Shown: piece after piece, positions 8,936 through 19,404 of the stretch | How the letters are laid out: every line of letters begins with the position of its first letter | Numbering within the stretch: position 1 is the first letter of the stretch | Assembly (NCBI GenBank): GCA_045587445.1 | Contig: JAZNCH010000053.1 | Coordinates: forward strand, 13,978 to 77,977 | DNA length: 64,000 nucleotides | Source: Eubacteriales bacterium | GTDB lineage: Bacteria; Bacillota; Clostridia; Oscillospirales; CAG-272 | Reading direction: 5' to 3' | Position numbers and translations under genes: made by a program | The notes under the pieces: generated by a model | Databases searched by the model: none | What the model saw: the letters and a program-made list of their open reading frames with translations, nothing else | What the model was told of the DNA's origin: nothing

Positions 8936-10447
8936 TTATCTGTGCTTTTTAAAAAGAATTACAGTTAATACTACAATTGAACAAATTAAGACGATTATAG
9001 CAATAACACCTTTGTTTTTATTGCTCTTTTCATTTTCCCAAGCTTGAAACTTTTGTTTTTCAAGTTCTTTTTGTTCGTAAGCAGCAGCTCTTGAGTCCTC
9101 TTCAATTGATTCGAGTCTCAAGCTTTCAAGACGTTTGCTTTCTTCTTCTTGGCGTTTTTGTTCTTCTTTTTCAAGGCGTTCTTGTTCCAATCTTTCTTGT
9201 TCAAGACGCTCCTGTTCTAATCTGAGCTGTTCATCGTAGCTTATAATGTTTTCAAAAAAACTGTTCTTTTGAATATCTTCACCAACCGTAGTACGATAAA
9301 GACCGAATAAACAAGGGGAGTAGGTTTCAATTTTTGCAGCTAAATTATTTTTGTTATCGTTTCCGTTAAGCCATTTTGTAAACCAAGTATTTTGCTGTGA
9401 TTTGTTTGCTTTATATCCCTCTTGAGAAACTTGGAAAGCGGTTTTGCCGTTAAAGAAGTTTAATGCTTCATCCCAGTTCAATGTAATTTGATTTTCAGTA
9501 TATAAGTGTAAATAAAGCTTGGGAGTGTTCCATACCCCGTATTTTGTGGCAGATTCGGGATATATTGAAGCATTGTTTGCAAATTCAATTGCCTTAACCA
9601 AGGTTTCTGCGTTAAGTATGTACTGACCGTTACTATTCTCGCCTTTTAGGTCGTGAGAAACGACCACCTGCGGTTTAAATCTTCTTATATTTTCCGTCTG
9701 GAATGATAAAATCATATCCTCTGTAACCTTTTCTTTTTCAAGAGCTTTAAGTGCATCAGCAGAGGTTTTTGTGTTGGATTCGGAAAAATTGCTTAAAATG
9801 GGATAATTTTTCATGCCGACAGCCCAAAGACCGTCTAACATTTCGTGTTTCTTTGAGGAGCTCGTGTTTTCTGTAAAGAAGATTACTTGAGTCCGATATT
9901 TGTTAGCGATATGATAGGGAAGTATACCCGCAAAAAGCGTGTGTTCATTGCTGTAGTGTGTAACGTTCAACAAAAGGTCAGTTTTTTCGTGAGGTGCTTC
10001 CCAAGCTTGAACCCAATCAGGCAATTGACCTTCCTTGAAAGCACTGACGTCGGATACGTTAGCTTTTTCTTTAAAAGTAACGGTTACGTCTTTGCAATCG
10101 GTAACTTCTTCGGGAATCTTTACGAGTGAATGAAGAAAAGTGTTTTCTATCTCAAAACTTTTATCGCCGCAAGAAACGGTAAAGCTCGGAGCCTTATCCC
10201 AGAAAATAATATATATCGAATCGATAGGCTCTTTGCTTGAAATTGAAACCTTATTCAGCGAAGAATAACTGCTTGGTATATTATCTTTGAGGTTGTTATA
10301 ATTAGGATTTAAAGTAAGGTCTGTTATAGTAGCGTCGTCGGTTGCTGCAGCAGAGGCAAAACAAATACAGCCTACCGATAAAACGGTAATTGCAAACACC
10401 AACACTAAAGCCATTGAAAAAGTTTTATTTTTGATATTTAAAGTCAT
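8936..10447 (-). CDS. Bitopic envelope protein: N-terminal signal anchor, PIG-L/LmbE-like (apparently degenerate) domain, RLEQE coiled-coil repeats, C-terminal TM
   Basis: Start moved to ATG 10447 (AAAGGA SD). DLLLNVTHYSNEHTLFAG and VVSHDLKGENSNGQY resemble the PIG-L AHPDDE and GEYGHxxH motifs, with ligand positions changed. (RLEQE)x3 plus a charged helix, then a terminal TM (GVIAIIVLICSIVVLTVILF). Confidence 0.6.
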   Translation of the reverse strand: MTLNIKNKTFSMALVLVFAITVLSVGCICFASAAATDDATITDLTLNPNYNNLKDNIPSSYSSLNKVSISSKEPIDSIYIIFWDKAPSFTVSCGDKSFEIENTFLHSLVKIPEEVTDCKDVTVTFKEKANVSDVSAFKEGQLPDWVQAWEAPHEKTDLLLNVTHYSNEHTLFAGILPYHIANKYRTQVIFFTENTSSSKKHEMLDGLWAVGMKNYPILSNFSESNTKTSADALKALEKEKVTEDMILSFQTENIRRFKPQVVVSHDLKGENSNGQYILNAETLVKAIEFANNASIYPESATKYGVWNTPKLYLHLYTENQITLNWDEALNFFNGKTAFQVSQEGYKANKSQQNTWFTKWLNGNDNKNNLAAKIETYSPCLFGLYRTTVGEDIQKNSFFENIISYDEQLRLEQERLEQERLEQERLEKEEQKRQEEESKRLESLRLESIEEDSRAAAYEQKELEKQKFQAWENEKSNKNKGVIAIIVLICSIVVLTVILFKKHR

Positions 10448-10474
10448 AAAATTTACATCCTTTCTCAAAAACAG

Positions 10475-11152
10475 TTAGCTTAAAAATAATTCAAATTTAT
10501 CAATGTTAACTCTTTTCCCGATAACCACGATGTTGTCGTTAGTATATAAAACCGTGTCGGGAGTTATCTCTGTAATAATAGAGTCGTTATGTTTAACGGC
10601 GATAATATTAAGTCCAAATTCTTTTCTGATATTAAGTCCGGCAACAGTGATGTTGTTTACCTTTTCAGAAAGCAGAATTTCTGTTATATCTATTTCTTCG
10701 CTGAGGGATATATATTCCATAGTTTTTGGTGATACAAGCCTTTTTGCGAGTCTGACAGCCATTTCTTTTTCGGGATAAACGACTTCAGCACCGATTTTTT
10801 CAAGAACAGTGCCTTGTTCGGGAGTGATTGCTTTGGCTATAACCTTTTTTACGCCGAGTTGAATAATATTCAGTGTTGCAAGAATACCCGTGTCTATTGT
10901 TTCTCCTATACCTACGATAACAGTATCGCAATTTTGTATACCTGTTTCAATAAGCGTTTCCTTGTTTAATTCCTCAACCAAAAAAGCATTATCGGTATAT
11001 TCGGTAATTTCTCTAATCTTTTTCTGATCGTTATCAATAACAAGTATTTCTTTACCCATTTCTGAAAGGTTTTTAGCGAGATTAAAACCAAATCTGCCAA
11101 GCCCTACTATACCGTAAATTTCTTCGGGTTTTCTTTTTACTCTTTTTCTCAT
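10475..11152 (-). CDS. ktrA: K+ uptake system NAD-binding subunit (KtrA/TrkA)
   Basis: GIVGLGRFG Rossmann motif, RCK_N plus RCK_C layout. Start moved to ATG 11152 (AGGAAAGG SD). Confidence 0.88.
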   Translation of the reverse strand: MRKRVKRKPEEIYGIVGLGRFGFNLAKNLSEMGKEILVIDNDQKKIREITEYTDNAFLVEELNKETLIETGIQNCDTVIVGIGETIDTGILATLNIIQLGVKKVIAKAITPEQGTVLEKIGAEVVYPEKEMAVRLAKRLVSPKTMEYISLSEEIDITEILLSEKVNNITVAGLNIRKEFGLNIIAVKHNDSIITEITPDTVLYTNDNIVVIGKRVNIDKFELFLS

Positions 11153-11172
11153 ATTATATATACCTTTCCTTT

Positions 11173-12459
11173 TTAACCCAGTGTCAAACTTTCTTCGGCG
11201 TATGAGACGCCGGAAGATTTTTTCAAAATCCAAAGGGAAACAATTGTTAAAGGACCGACTCTGCCTATAAACATAGTAATTATAACAACCAATTTACCGG
11301 CAACTGAAAGAATTGGAGTGATACCTGTTGACAGACCGACAGTTGCAAATGCAGATACAGCTTCGAAAATAAGGTCTTTAAGCGGGAGAGTGGGATTAGT
11401 TATACAAAGCAGAGTCAGCGAAGATAGCACAGTACCAATTCCTATTGAAAAAATAACGAAAGCTTTATGCAATAGGGGCTTAGGCAAAGTTCTTTTGAAA
11501 ATGGAAGTTCTATTCTCGGAAATATATGAGTAAAGTGCCATAAATATCACCAAAAAAGTTGTAGTTTTAATACCGCCGCCCGTCGAGGTTGGGGACGCAC
11601 CGATAAACATTAGAATTGAATAAAATATTAAACCTATATTTGAAATATTACCAAGTGCAACCGTAGTGAAACCGGCGGTTCTGGTAGAAGTACTCATAAA
11701 GAACGCGTTTACCCAATCATATCCCTCGGTAAATCTAAGGATTAACGTTCCGCCAAGCAACAGCAAAAACGTTACTGTAAGAACCACTTTAGTGTGAAGT
11801 GAGAATTTCTTAAATTTGTGTTTAAAAGTAACCTCTTTAATGACCAAAAAACCTATACCGCCCAAAATAATAAGGAGCGAGGTAATCAACAAAAAGGGAA
11901 CGTTGTTTTTGTAAGAAATCAAACTGTTTCCTTTTCCTAAGATGTCAAAACCTGCATTGTTAAAAGATGATATAGCGTGAAAAAAACTAAGTCCAAGGGC
12001 TTTTAACGGTCTATAGTCCTTTAAAAAAACAGGAAATACCAACAAGGCACCCGTGCCTTCAATGATAAGTGTTGTAAAAAGCACCGATTTCAAAAGTGTG
12101 AATATACCGCCGAGCGAACCGTAGTTCAACGCTTCTTTTACGAGCGTTTGTTGTTTTAAGAAGACCTTATGACCTGTCATCATAACGATACCGATACTTA
12201 TACTTACAAAACCCAAACCGCCAAGCTGAATCAAAAGAATAAGAACGGTTTGACCGAAAGGGGAGAGGATGCTTCCTGCGTCAAATGTGGATAGTCCGGT
12301 AACGCATACAGCACTTGTAGAGGTAAAAAGGGCATCGACAAAGCAAATACTTCTGGGACTTTTTTGCGAAATAGGAAGCCACAAAAGCAGAGAGCCTATT
12401 AAAATTATAGATAAAAAACCAAAAGCGATAACGCGTCCGGGATTTATAAACTTATTCAT
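11173..12459 (-). CDS. ktrB: K+ transporter membrane subunit (KtrB/TrkH family)
   Basis: Polytopic, with four repeated pore-loop motifs (TAVCVTGLS, NNAGFD, RTAGFT, ATVGLSTG). Start moved to ATG 12459. Confidence 0.88.
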   Translation of the reverse strand: MNKFINPGRVIAFGFLSIILIGSLLLWLPISQKSPRSICFVDALFTSTSAVCVTGLSTFDAGSILSPFGQTVLILLIQLGGLGFVSISIGIVMMTGHKVFLKQQTLVKEALNYGSLGGIFTLLKSVLFTTLIIEGTGALLVFPVFLKDYRPLKALGLSFFHAISSFNNAGFDILGKGNSLISYKNNVPFLLITSLLIILGGIGFLVIKEVTFKHKFKKFSLHTKVVLTVTFLLLLGGTLILRFTEGYDWVNAFFMSTSTRTAGFTTVALGNISNIGLIFYSILMFIGASPTSTGGGIKTTTFLVIFMALYSYISENRTSIFKRTLPKPLLHKAFVIFSIGIGTVLSSLTLLCITNPTLPLKDLIFEAVSAFATVGLSTGITPILSVAGKLVVIITMFIGRVGPLTIVSLWILKKSSGVSYAEESLTLG

Positions 12460-12617
12460 TAAAAACCTCAAATATAAGAGAGTACTATTATATATAGAAT
12501 ACCTCTTTTTGCCAATTTTGTCAAGATAAATGAGCAAACGAAAAAGCATACGAGCAAAAGTGGTTAAAAATTAAGCGATTACGGATAAAAAATATGTAAT
12601 ATAGCGGTTATTTGGTA

Positions 12618-12654
12618 TAAAAAACAGATGTATGTGGGTGAAGCCACATACATC
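12618..12654 (-). terminator. Intrinsic terminator after plsY
   Basis: 11-bp stem gatgtatgtgg/ccacatacatc followed on the minus strand by a T-run. Confidence 0.65.
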
Positions 12655-12663
12655 ACAATTTTA

Positions 12664-13371
12664 TTATTTGCTCTTTTTAAATGAAAATTTGTTTTCTTCA
12701 TTGTTGAGCAGTCTTTTGATGTTTGAACGGTGGTTAAATACAAGTAAGATAACCAATGAAAAACAACAGATAAGTTCAACAATATTAAGCGTACCGAATT
12801 TAGCGAGTATAATCGGATAGATAAGAGAACACATAATAGAGCCAAGTGAAATAAACTTTGTTGCGGCAACTATTGCAACGAAGAGTGCGAGGAGAATTAA
12901 AGCAACCAAAGGATTGGTGCAAAGAATCATTGCAAGAGCGGTTGCAACACCTTTTCCGCCTTTAAAGTTATAATAAAGAGGCCAAGTATGCCCGATAATT
13001 GTGCCAAGTCCTGCAACGTAAGCCCCGCCTTTTCCTATAACGATATAACCTAAAAGACAAGCAAGGACAGCTTTTAAAATATCGCCGAAAAGGGTGAAGA
13101 CAGCAGCTTTCGTGCCGTATGTTCTCATCATATTCGTCATACCCGCATTGCCGCTTCCGTGTTCGCGAATATCATCGTTATATTTTTTCTTTGAAATAAA
13201 GGTAGCAAAATTAAAACTGCCGAACAAATATCCTATGAGAAGAAGTAATATAAATGCAGGAAGTGAGTATTGCCACGGAATATGCACTTCGGGCTTTCCG
13301 TCAGTGTAAGTCAGCCACCCAAAAAGCTTATAAACAATACCACCTGATAACAATTCCATAAAAGCGTTCAT
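12664..13371 (-). CDS. plsY: Glycerol-3-phosphate acyltransferase PlsY
   Basis: GSGNAGMTN and KGGKGVAT signature motifs in a polytopic protein. The N-terminal extension means the start may be internal. Confidence 0.88.
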   Translation of the reverse strand: MNAFMELLSGGIVYKLFGWLTYTDGKPEVHIPWQYSLPAFILLLLIGYLFGSFNFATFISKKKYNDDIREHGSGNAGMTNMMRTYGTKAAVFTLFGDILKAVLACLLGYIVIGKGGAYVAGLGTIIGHTWPLYYNFKGGKGVATALAMILCTNPLVALILLALFVAIVAATKFISLGSIMCSLIYPIILAKFGTLNIVELICCFSLVILLVFNHRSNIKRLLNNEENKFSFKKSK

Positions 13372-13373
13372 AA

Positions 13374-14708
13374 TCAGTCGTTGTTATCTCCTTTCTGGCG
13401 TATTATGATTTTAATGGGAGTACCTTTAAAACCAAAAACTTCTCTGATTCTATTTTCGATATATCTCTGGTAAGAGAAGTGGAAGAGCTCTGCATCGTTA
13501 CAGAAGATAACGAAAGTAGGCGGAGCTATTCCAACCTGAGTCATATAGTAAATTTTCAAACGGCGCCCCTTGTCTGACGGCGGCTGTACTTTTGTAACAG
13601 CGTCGTTGAGTACGTCGTTAAGCATACCGGTCGAAATGCGTAATACCGACTGCTCGTAAACATAGTTTATAAATTCAAAGAGCTTGTCGATACGCTGACC
13701 TGTTTTGGCAGATATAAACAGAATGGGGGCGTAGGGCATATAAGCAAGAGCAGTCTGAATTTTTTGTGTAAATTCTGTAACAGTCTTGTTGTCCTTTTCA
13801 ATAAGGTCCCATTTGTTTACTACGATAATGGTAGGTTTACCGGCTTCGTGCGCAAGCCCTGCTATGTGCTCGTCCTGTTCGGTTATACCTTCCGATGCAT
13901 CTATCATAAGAACGCAAACGTTTGCATTTTCGACAGCCATTTTTGAACGTAAAACGGAGTATTTTTCGATTTTGTCGTCGACTCTTGCTTTTCTTCTGAT
14001 CCCTGCCGTATCAACAAATATATATTTACCGTGTGCGTTTTCAACACGAGTGTTGATTGCGTCTCTCGTAGTACCGGGAACATTGGAAACGATAAGTCTG
14101 TCTTCGCCGAGTATTTTGTTTATAATAGAACTTTTTCCCGCGTTTGGTTTCCCTATGACAGCAACACTAATTGCGTCGTCATCTTCGTTTTCTTCTTCGT
14201 TTTCGGGAGGAAGGTATTCAAGCACCTTGTCGAGAAGGTCGCCCGAGCCTGTACCGTGGATAGAAGAAACAGGGATAGGGTCGCCGATGAATCCAAGCTC
14301 ATAGAATTCATAAAATTCATATGGGAGGTCGCCTATTTTATCAACCTTGTTAACACAGAGAACGACGGGTTTGTTGCTTTTTAAAAGCATTCTTGCAATA
14401 TCTCTGTCATCGGCGGTAAGACCTGTTCTGACATCTGTCATAAATATTATAACATCTGCGGTTTCAATAGCTATTTCGGCTTGAAGCCGCATATATTTTA
14501 AGATGAGGTCGTCGGTTTTAGGCTCGATACCGCCGGTGTCAATGAGCATCAAGGTTCTGCCTGTCCACTCTATTTCGTGATAAATTCTATCGCGCGTAAC
14601 CCCGGGGGTGTCTTCGACTATAGATATTCGTTCGCCTGCCAATTTGTTGAAAAGAGTGCTTTTTCCAACATTTGGTCTGCCGACTATGGCAACAACAGGT
14701 TTTGACAT
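13374..14708 (-). CDS. der: Ribosome-biogenesis GTPase Der (EngA)
   Basis: Two tandem G domains (GRPNVGKST..DTGG..NKVD and GKPNAGKSS..DTAG..NKWD) plus a KH-like C-terminus. Confidence 0.95.
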   Translation of the reverse strand: MSKPVVAIVGRPNVGKSTLFNKLAGERISIVEDTPGVTRDRIYHEIEWTGRTLMLIDTGGIEPKTDDLILKYMRLQAEIAIETADVIIFMTDVRTGLTADDRDIARMLLKSNKPVVLCVNKVDKIGDLPYEFYEFYELGFIGDPIPVSSIHGTGSGDLLDKVLEYLPPENEEENEDDDAISVAVIGKPNAGKSSIINKILGEDRLIVSNVPGTTRDAINTRVENAHGKYIFVDTAGIRRKARVDDKIEKYSVLRSKMAVENANVCVLMIDASEGITEQDEHIAGLAHEAGKPTIIVVNKWDLIEKDNKTVTEFTQKIQTALAYMPYAPILFISAKTGQRIDKLFEFINYVYEQSVLRISTGMLNDVLNDAVTKVQPPSDKGRRLKIYYMTQVGIAPPTFVIFCNDAELFHFSYQRYIENRIREVFGFKGTPIKIIIRQKGDNND

Positions 14709-14745
14709 TTTTTTCTCCTTGTAGTTAAAGTAATGGTGTTAAAGC

Positions 14746-16221
14746 TCAGTTAACGGCAAATCTGTTGAAATTGCCGTCATAAACAGCACTTTCTGTTATG
14801 TAGAGAGAGTTTGTAGTAATTCCCGTAGATTTGAAGTTTGCGGGAGCAAAGAGCTGTGTTCCGGGAATCCAACGGGTATATAGCCAAATAACAGCACCGT
14901 TTGCGGGGTTAACAGCTCTTACGTATACTCTGTTTTCGTAAGCTGAAACGTATGTAATATTCATACCGTATCTCGGATATTCAAATCCGGGGTTAGGTCC
15001 AAGCTTGGGGTTGTAGAATTTGAGTACGCCCTTTGAGTCTGTGTAGAAGATACATTCTGTAATTTCGATAATGCTTTGAGTTTTTGCGCCGTCGGAACAG
15101 AAAGTTGTAACACTTCCGTCTTGCGAGGTAATAACTGCAAGGCTTTCGTCTGTAGAGAAGTAAAGCTTATCTGCCGTATTATTCAAAGCATAGATATTAA
15201 GCGTTGTAGTAATAATCTTTGTTTTGTCGCCGTAGAAATTGGAAGCATAGAAGCCGGGACCTTCGTTGGGAACGTAATAAAGCTCGTCATAGAAGACACA
15301 AATCATTCTTGCTTTAAAGGGGAAGGTTATATCTTCTCTTGTTGTAATATCTATTCTGTGAACAGAGTACTGTTCGTCAATGTAGAAGATATATGTGCCG
15401 CTTCCTGTAATACCGAGCACTTTGTTTGCGGCAAGTGTACTTACAGTATTGCCCGATTTATCGAGAACGGTAATGCCGTTGGATGCAATATAATCATATT
15501 CCCCGCTTGTATATACAAGACCGCCGACAGAAACGTTTCCTGATGCGCCCGAGGGCCATTTGCCGTCTGCAACTGTGGAAATAACGTCGGTGCTGTTGGT
15601 GATCGGAACTTCAACAGGGACTATGGGAGCTGTGGTTTCGGGGGGAGTTGCAGGTTCTGTCTCTGGAATGTCTGTTGTTTCTTCTGTTTCGGGTGAAAGC
15701 GTTTCGCTTTCTTCGGGAATAGTTGTGTCAGCAGGGGAGGTTTGCTGAACGGTGTTTATTGTAGTATCAATAGGCTTCTTAGGTTCATCGTTACCACTGA
15801 AGATTATTGCTATAGATGCGATAACAGACGCACAAAGAATGATAACTCCGACTAAAATACCAAACTTCTTGGTTTTTTCATCGGGGTGTTTTTGTTTTTT
15901 GTTCTTTTTCAGCAATTGTGCCGCCATCATAGCCTGCTGGTCCTGAACAGCTTTTTTCTTTCTTGCGATACGAGCTTTTCTGTGTCTTGCAAGATAGGCA
16001 GCGTTAACTTTTGAGAAAACGGTATTTTTGTCCATTCCGCAGATAGGGCATACATCGAGTTCACTTGTAGAGCCGCAGCAGCACTGCCACTTATTATTTC
16101 CCAGTGCTTCGGGCAAATAAATAATATTTTCTAATAATTCAGGTCTAAAAGTGAATCGTAATTCGTCGTGCAATTCGGGGCTTAGTACGATTTTCAGTTC
16201 TTTTTTTGTGTTGTTTTCCAT
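14746..16221 (-). CDS. Zinc-ribbon, TM and beta-propeller-like (DUF5050-type) hypothetical protein
   Basis: N-terminal WQCCCGS...CPICG zinc ribbon, basic region, TM (FGILVGVIILCASVIASIAIIF), Thr/Pro/Glu linker, then a repetitive Y/F-rich extracellular domain. Confidence 0.7.
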   Translation of the reverse strand: MENNTKKELKIVLSPELHDELRFTFRPELLENIIYLPEALGNNKWQCCCGSTSELDVCPICGMDKNTVFSKVNAAYLARHRKARIARKKKAVQDQQAMMAAQLLKKNKKQKHPDEKTKKFGILVGVIILCASVIASIAIIFSGNDEPKKPIDTTINTVQQTSPADTTIPEESETLSPETEETTDIPETEPATPPETTAPIVPVEVPITNSTDVISTVADGKWPSGASGNVSVGGLVYTSGEYDYIASNGITVLDKSGNTVSTLAANKVLGITGSGTYIFYIDEQYSVHRIDITTREDITFPFKARMICVFYDELYYVPNEGPGFYASNFYGDKTKIITTTLNIYALNNTADKLYFSTDESLAVITSQDGSVTTFCSDGAKTQSIIEITECIFYTDSKGVLKFYNPKLGPNPGFEYPRYGMNITYVSAYENRVYVRAVNPANGAVIWLYTRWIPGTQLFAPANFKSTGITTNSLYITESAVYDGNFNRFAVN

Positions 16222-16255
16222 AATACTTTACCGTCCTGATTAAAGTTAGTGTTGT

Positions 16256-17563
16256 TTATGTGTCAAGTCCCAATATCATTCGGAGGAAAATTTCTCCGTC
16301 ATTGGGAACAACGGATATTTCGGTGTTAAGCTTTTCTAAAACTTCGGTTAGTTCCATACTGTCAAGGAACATCTTGCATTCACTTTCAAGCATAACACGC
16401 GGAATAAAAAGCGTTGAGCCTAAATCTTTAGTCTTAAGCTGTTCAGAGAGGTCAATTCCGGTTATAAGACCGGCTACCGTAATATTTTCGCCAAAAAAGT
16501 TGTTATTTATATTGTAAACGTTGACAGTCAAACCGTCAAATTTGTCTTCGAGTTTACGAGCAAGCGAGGAAATGAAAGGAAATGCTGCATTTCCCGTCGC
16601 TATCGAAACACGGCGGGGAAGAAGAGGGACTTCGTCTAATTCTTCAAAAGCAAAGTTAAATTCTTCGAGCATAGAGGCTATCATTCCGACGCCGTTTTCA
16701 ATCTGTGAAAAGTCCTCGTAATATTCGGGAGGCGGTATGTCGAGTCCCGCTTTCAGATACATTTCATCACCGCAGAAGAAAATCGAGCTGCCGTATTCTT
16801 TTTTGCAGAGCAGAGCAAAGTTTTGAACTCTTTGGATAATTTTTTGTGTTTCTTTAGGTGTAAAAGGTTCAAGAGGATAAAGCCCCTCTCTGTGTTTGGT
16901 AAGTCCTGCGGGAACGATTGAAACACTGTTAACAGCAGGGTAAAGTGTTGCCAAATCGTGCATAGTATTGATAAGCTCGTCGCCGTCGTTTAAACCTTTG
17001 CACAGAACTATCTGACAATTCATAGTTATGTTGTTTTCAGCGAATTTTTTTAAAAATTCAAGCGACTTTCCTGCAAAACGGTTGTTCATCATTTTGCAAC
17101 GAAGTTCGGGATTAGTTGTGTGAACGGAAATGTTTACAGGACTCATGTGCATTTTTATAATTCTTTCAACGTCTGAATCCTTTAAACCCGTAAGGGTAAT
17201 ATAGTTCCCCATAAGAAAAGAAAGTCTTGCATCGTCGTCTTTAAAATAAAGCGTATCACGCATTCCTTTAGGCAATTGGTCAATAAAGCAAAAAACGCAC
17301 TTGTTTTTGCAAGATTTTTTGCTGTCCATAAGGTAAGTTTCAAATTCAAGACCTATATCGTCATATTCGCCTTTTTTTATATTGGCAGAATATTCAATTC
17401 CATCTCTTGAAAGTAAAAGGGTAAGTTTTCTTTCGGTAAGATAAAATCTGTAGTCGAGAACGTCGTTTATTTCATTGCCGTTGATTGATATAAGTATATC
17501 ATTTGAGAGAATTCCGCATTTTGATGAATGTGAATTTTTAATTACGTCAGCTATTTTAACCAA
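16256..17563 (-). CDS. PDZ plus radical-SAM-like DUF512 protein
   Basis: N-terminal PDZ-like segment, CKNKCVFCF cluster motif, conserved position upstream of der in Firmicutes. TTG start with an AGGAGAGG SD. Confidence 0.8.
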   Translation of the reverse strand: MVKIADVIKNSHSSKCGILSNDILISINGNEINDVLDYRFYLTERKLTLLLSRDGIEYSANIKKGEYDDIGLEFETYLMDSKKSCKNKCVFCFIDQLPKGMRDTLYFKDDDARLSFLMGNYITLTGLKDSDVERIIKMHMSPVNISVHTTNPELRCKMMNNRFAGKSLEFLKKFAENNITMNCQIVLCKGLNDGDELINTMHDLATLYPAVNSVSIVPAGLTKHREGLYPLEPFTPKETQKIIQRVQNFALLCKKEYGSSIFFCGDEMYLKAGLDIPPPEYYEDFSQIENGVGMIASMLEEFNFAFEELDEVPLLPRRVSIATGNAAFPFISSLARKLEDKFDGLTVNVYNINNNFFGENITVAGLITGIDLSEQLKTKDLGSTLFIPRVMLESECKMFLDSMELTEVLEKLNTEISVVPNDGEIFLRMILGLDT

Positions 17564-17749
17564 ATGTTGTCCTCTCCTTTCCTACAGATAGTTTCGAAAA
17601 AACTGCATACTTTACACAATTATAACTATTATAGCACAATTTAACAAAAAATGCAATATATTAGTGCAATATAATATATAATATAGTATAGACAAGTGTA
17701 CAACCAAAAAAGTGTTGACTATGTTAATATAGTTCAACACTTTTTAATG

Positions 17750-18391
17750 TTATTCCAAAATTAAATTATCGATATAAAGAAAATCTGCGGCTTTTTGAAC
17801 TGAGTTAAGCTCAAGTGTTTTTGATGCACCGCATTTTGTGCAAAAAATTTCGACGTTATTGCCTTTTAGCTCAAAATCATATTCTCCGTCATTATCTTCG
17901 CACTTGCACTTTATGGAATTCTCGTCTTTCATTTCGCAGAGCATAAAGCGGACAAGGTCAGAAACCTGAGCGTCTGATATACTGCCCTCGGGACTTCCGC
18001 CCATTTTTCCAATATCTTCAAGCGAATATTCACCCATAAGCTCTGCCAATTCTTTGTCTGCTTTTTCAATAGCTTCAAACACTCTGTCTTTGTTTCCTAT
18101 GAAACAAATATTAATTCCGAGAACCTTGCAAGAAAGTTCAAGCAAATCTTTTTCAAAAAACGTAGCAGAATTAATATTAAATACGTGTGGATTCTCGCAC
18201 GCAAGGCAGGGAACGGTAAGTCTTATTTTATTATCTTTTGTGTAAGCCAATGAAAGCTCGCTTTCGCCGCAACTGCATTTTAATTTTATAAGGTCGCCAC
18301 TGAGTGCAAACGTTCCTACCATACTCATTACGGTAGTACCGCATTTAGGGCATCTGTAGCTTACTATAGATTCTTTAGGTTTAAGGACCAT
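17750..18391 (-). CDS. Multi-zinc-ribbon hypothetical protein
   Basis: 213 aa, strong SD. CxxC pairs at both ends (CPKCG...CSCG, CLAC, CKC, CTKCG). Confidence 0.65.
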   Translation of the reverse strand: MVLKPKESIVSYRCPKCGTTVMSMVGTFALSGDLIKLKCSCGESELSLAYTKDNKIRLTVPCLACENPHVFNINSATFFEKDLLELSCKVLGINICFIGNKDRVFEAIEKADKELAELMGEYSLEDIGKMGGSPEGSISDAQVSDLVRFMLCEMKDENSIKCKCEDNDGEYDFELKGNNVEIFCTKCGASKTLELNSVQKAADFLYIDNLILE

Positions 18392-18416
18392 TGTGTATAT
18401 ATCTCCTTTTAGGTGG

Positions 18417-19247
18417 TTAGTTTTCGGTGGTTTCTGCAGGTTCTTCTTTTACCGTGTATTCTGCACGGTTAGTGAGTCCTGCGGTTGCTTTTTGATTCTT
18501 TTTCTTATATTTGGTTATATCAAGTTTTTCTCTGTAGTACGAATAATCAAATACGGGAAGCTTACCGTAGGGTTCGGAAAGAAGCACGTCGTTTTTGTAG
18601 TAGATATTTAAAACAAGGTACTTATCTTTGGTGATTTCTTTAAATTTATTAACCTCATCTTCTGTTGCATTAAATGCCGGTTCTTCAACGATAAGCGAAT
18701 TCAAATCAACTCCGTCAAAAATAAGACGTCTATAGTTGTACATATTTTTTGTGCCGGAAATATACTTGTATTCGGTATAGGTATTTCCAAGTCCGTCGGT
18801 AAGCCTAAAGACAAAAGGCTCAAAATCGGGTTCGTCGGAGAGCGAATAATCTTCCATAAGCTTATTTATCGTACTGTTGTTGTAACGTACGGTAATTTGA
18901 ACTTGATTTTCGGAAGGAATATAGTATATATGACTAGCGGCGAATTTGCCGTCTTTTGTAATATTGTCTTTGTGTTGGTAATAGTATACATCAAAGGAAG
19001 CAGAACTATTATTAAGACTTTGAACGGTAGAGTCTGTCAAAAGAAGCTCTTGCATATTTTTTGGTGCTTCGCCCGAGAATATACGCCATAGCAAAATGGC
19101 AATAACGAAGAATGAGGCTAAACGCAAAGTGTATAGCAGAGTTTTTTTGATGATTTTACCAACGGTAATTTTTTTGCCGTTCAGAGCATCATATTCATTC
19201 TGTTCATCAGGGTCATTATAGTCGTCGAAATTTTGGTATTCTGACAT
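18417..19247 (-). CDS. Single-pass membrane hypothetical protein
   Basis: 276 aa, acidic N-terminus, one TM (LASFFVIAILLWRIF), extracytoplasmic domain, GAGG SD. Confidence 0.65.
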   Translation of the reverse strand: MSEYQNFDDYNDPDEQNEYDALNGKKITVGKIIKKTLLYTLRLASFFVIAILLWRIFSGEAPKNMQELLLTDSTVQSLNNSSASFDVYYYQHKDNITKDGKFAASHIYYIPSENQVQITVRYNNSTINKLMEDYSLSDEPDFEPFVFRLTDGLGNTYTEYKYISGTKNMYNYRRLIFDGVDLNSLIVEEPAFNATEDEVNKFKEITKDKYLVLNIYYKNDVLLSEPYGKLPVFDYSYYREKLDITKYKKKNQKATAGLTNRAEYTVKEEPAETTEN

Positions 19248-19404
19248 TGAGTTGTACCTCGCAATAGGATATTATTTGAAGTATTGTACCACATAAAGAA
19301 TTAATATTCAAGTATTTTTTACTTAACTACTTGAAAACTATGTTTTAATGTGTTAAAATAATTGGGTAATAATTGTAATATATGTAAAGGATAAAGATAT
19401 AGAA

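Noticed and set aside
9120-9240. Short tandem repeats that could be mistaken for a repeat array
   Set aside because: They are a 15-nt in-frame unit encoding RLEQE inside a long ORF. There are no spacers, so this is not CRISPR-like.
12460-12620. Looked for a c-di-AMP (ydaO/kimA-type) riboswitch upstream of ktrB
   Set aside because: The 5' UTR after the candidate promoter is short and shows none of the conserved ydaO pseudo-symmetric motifs.
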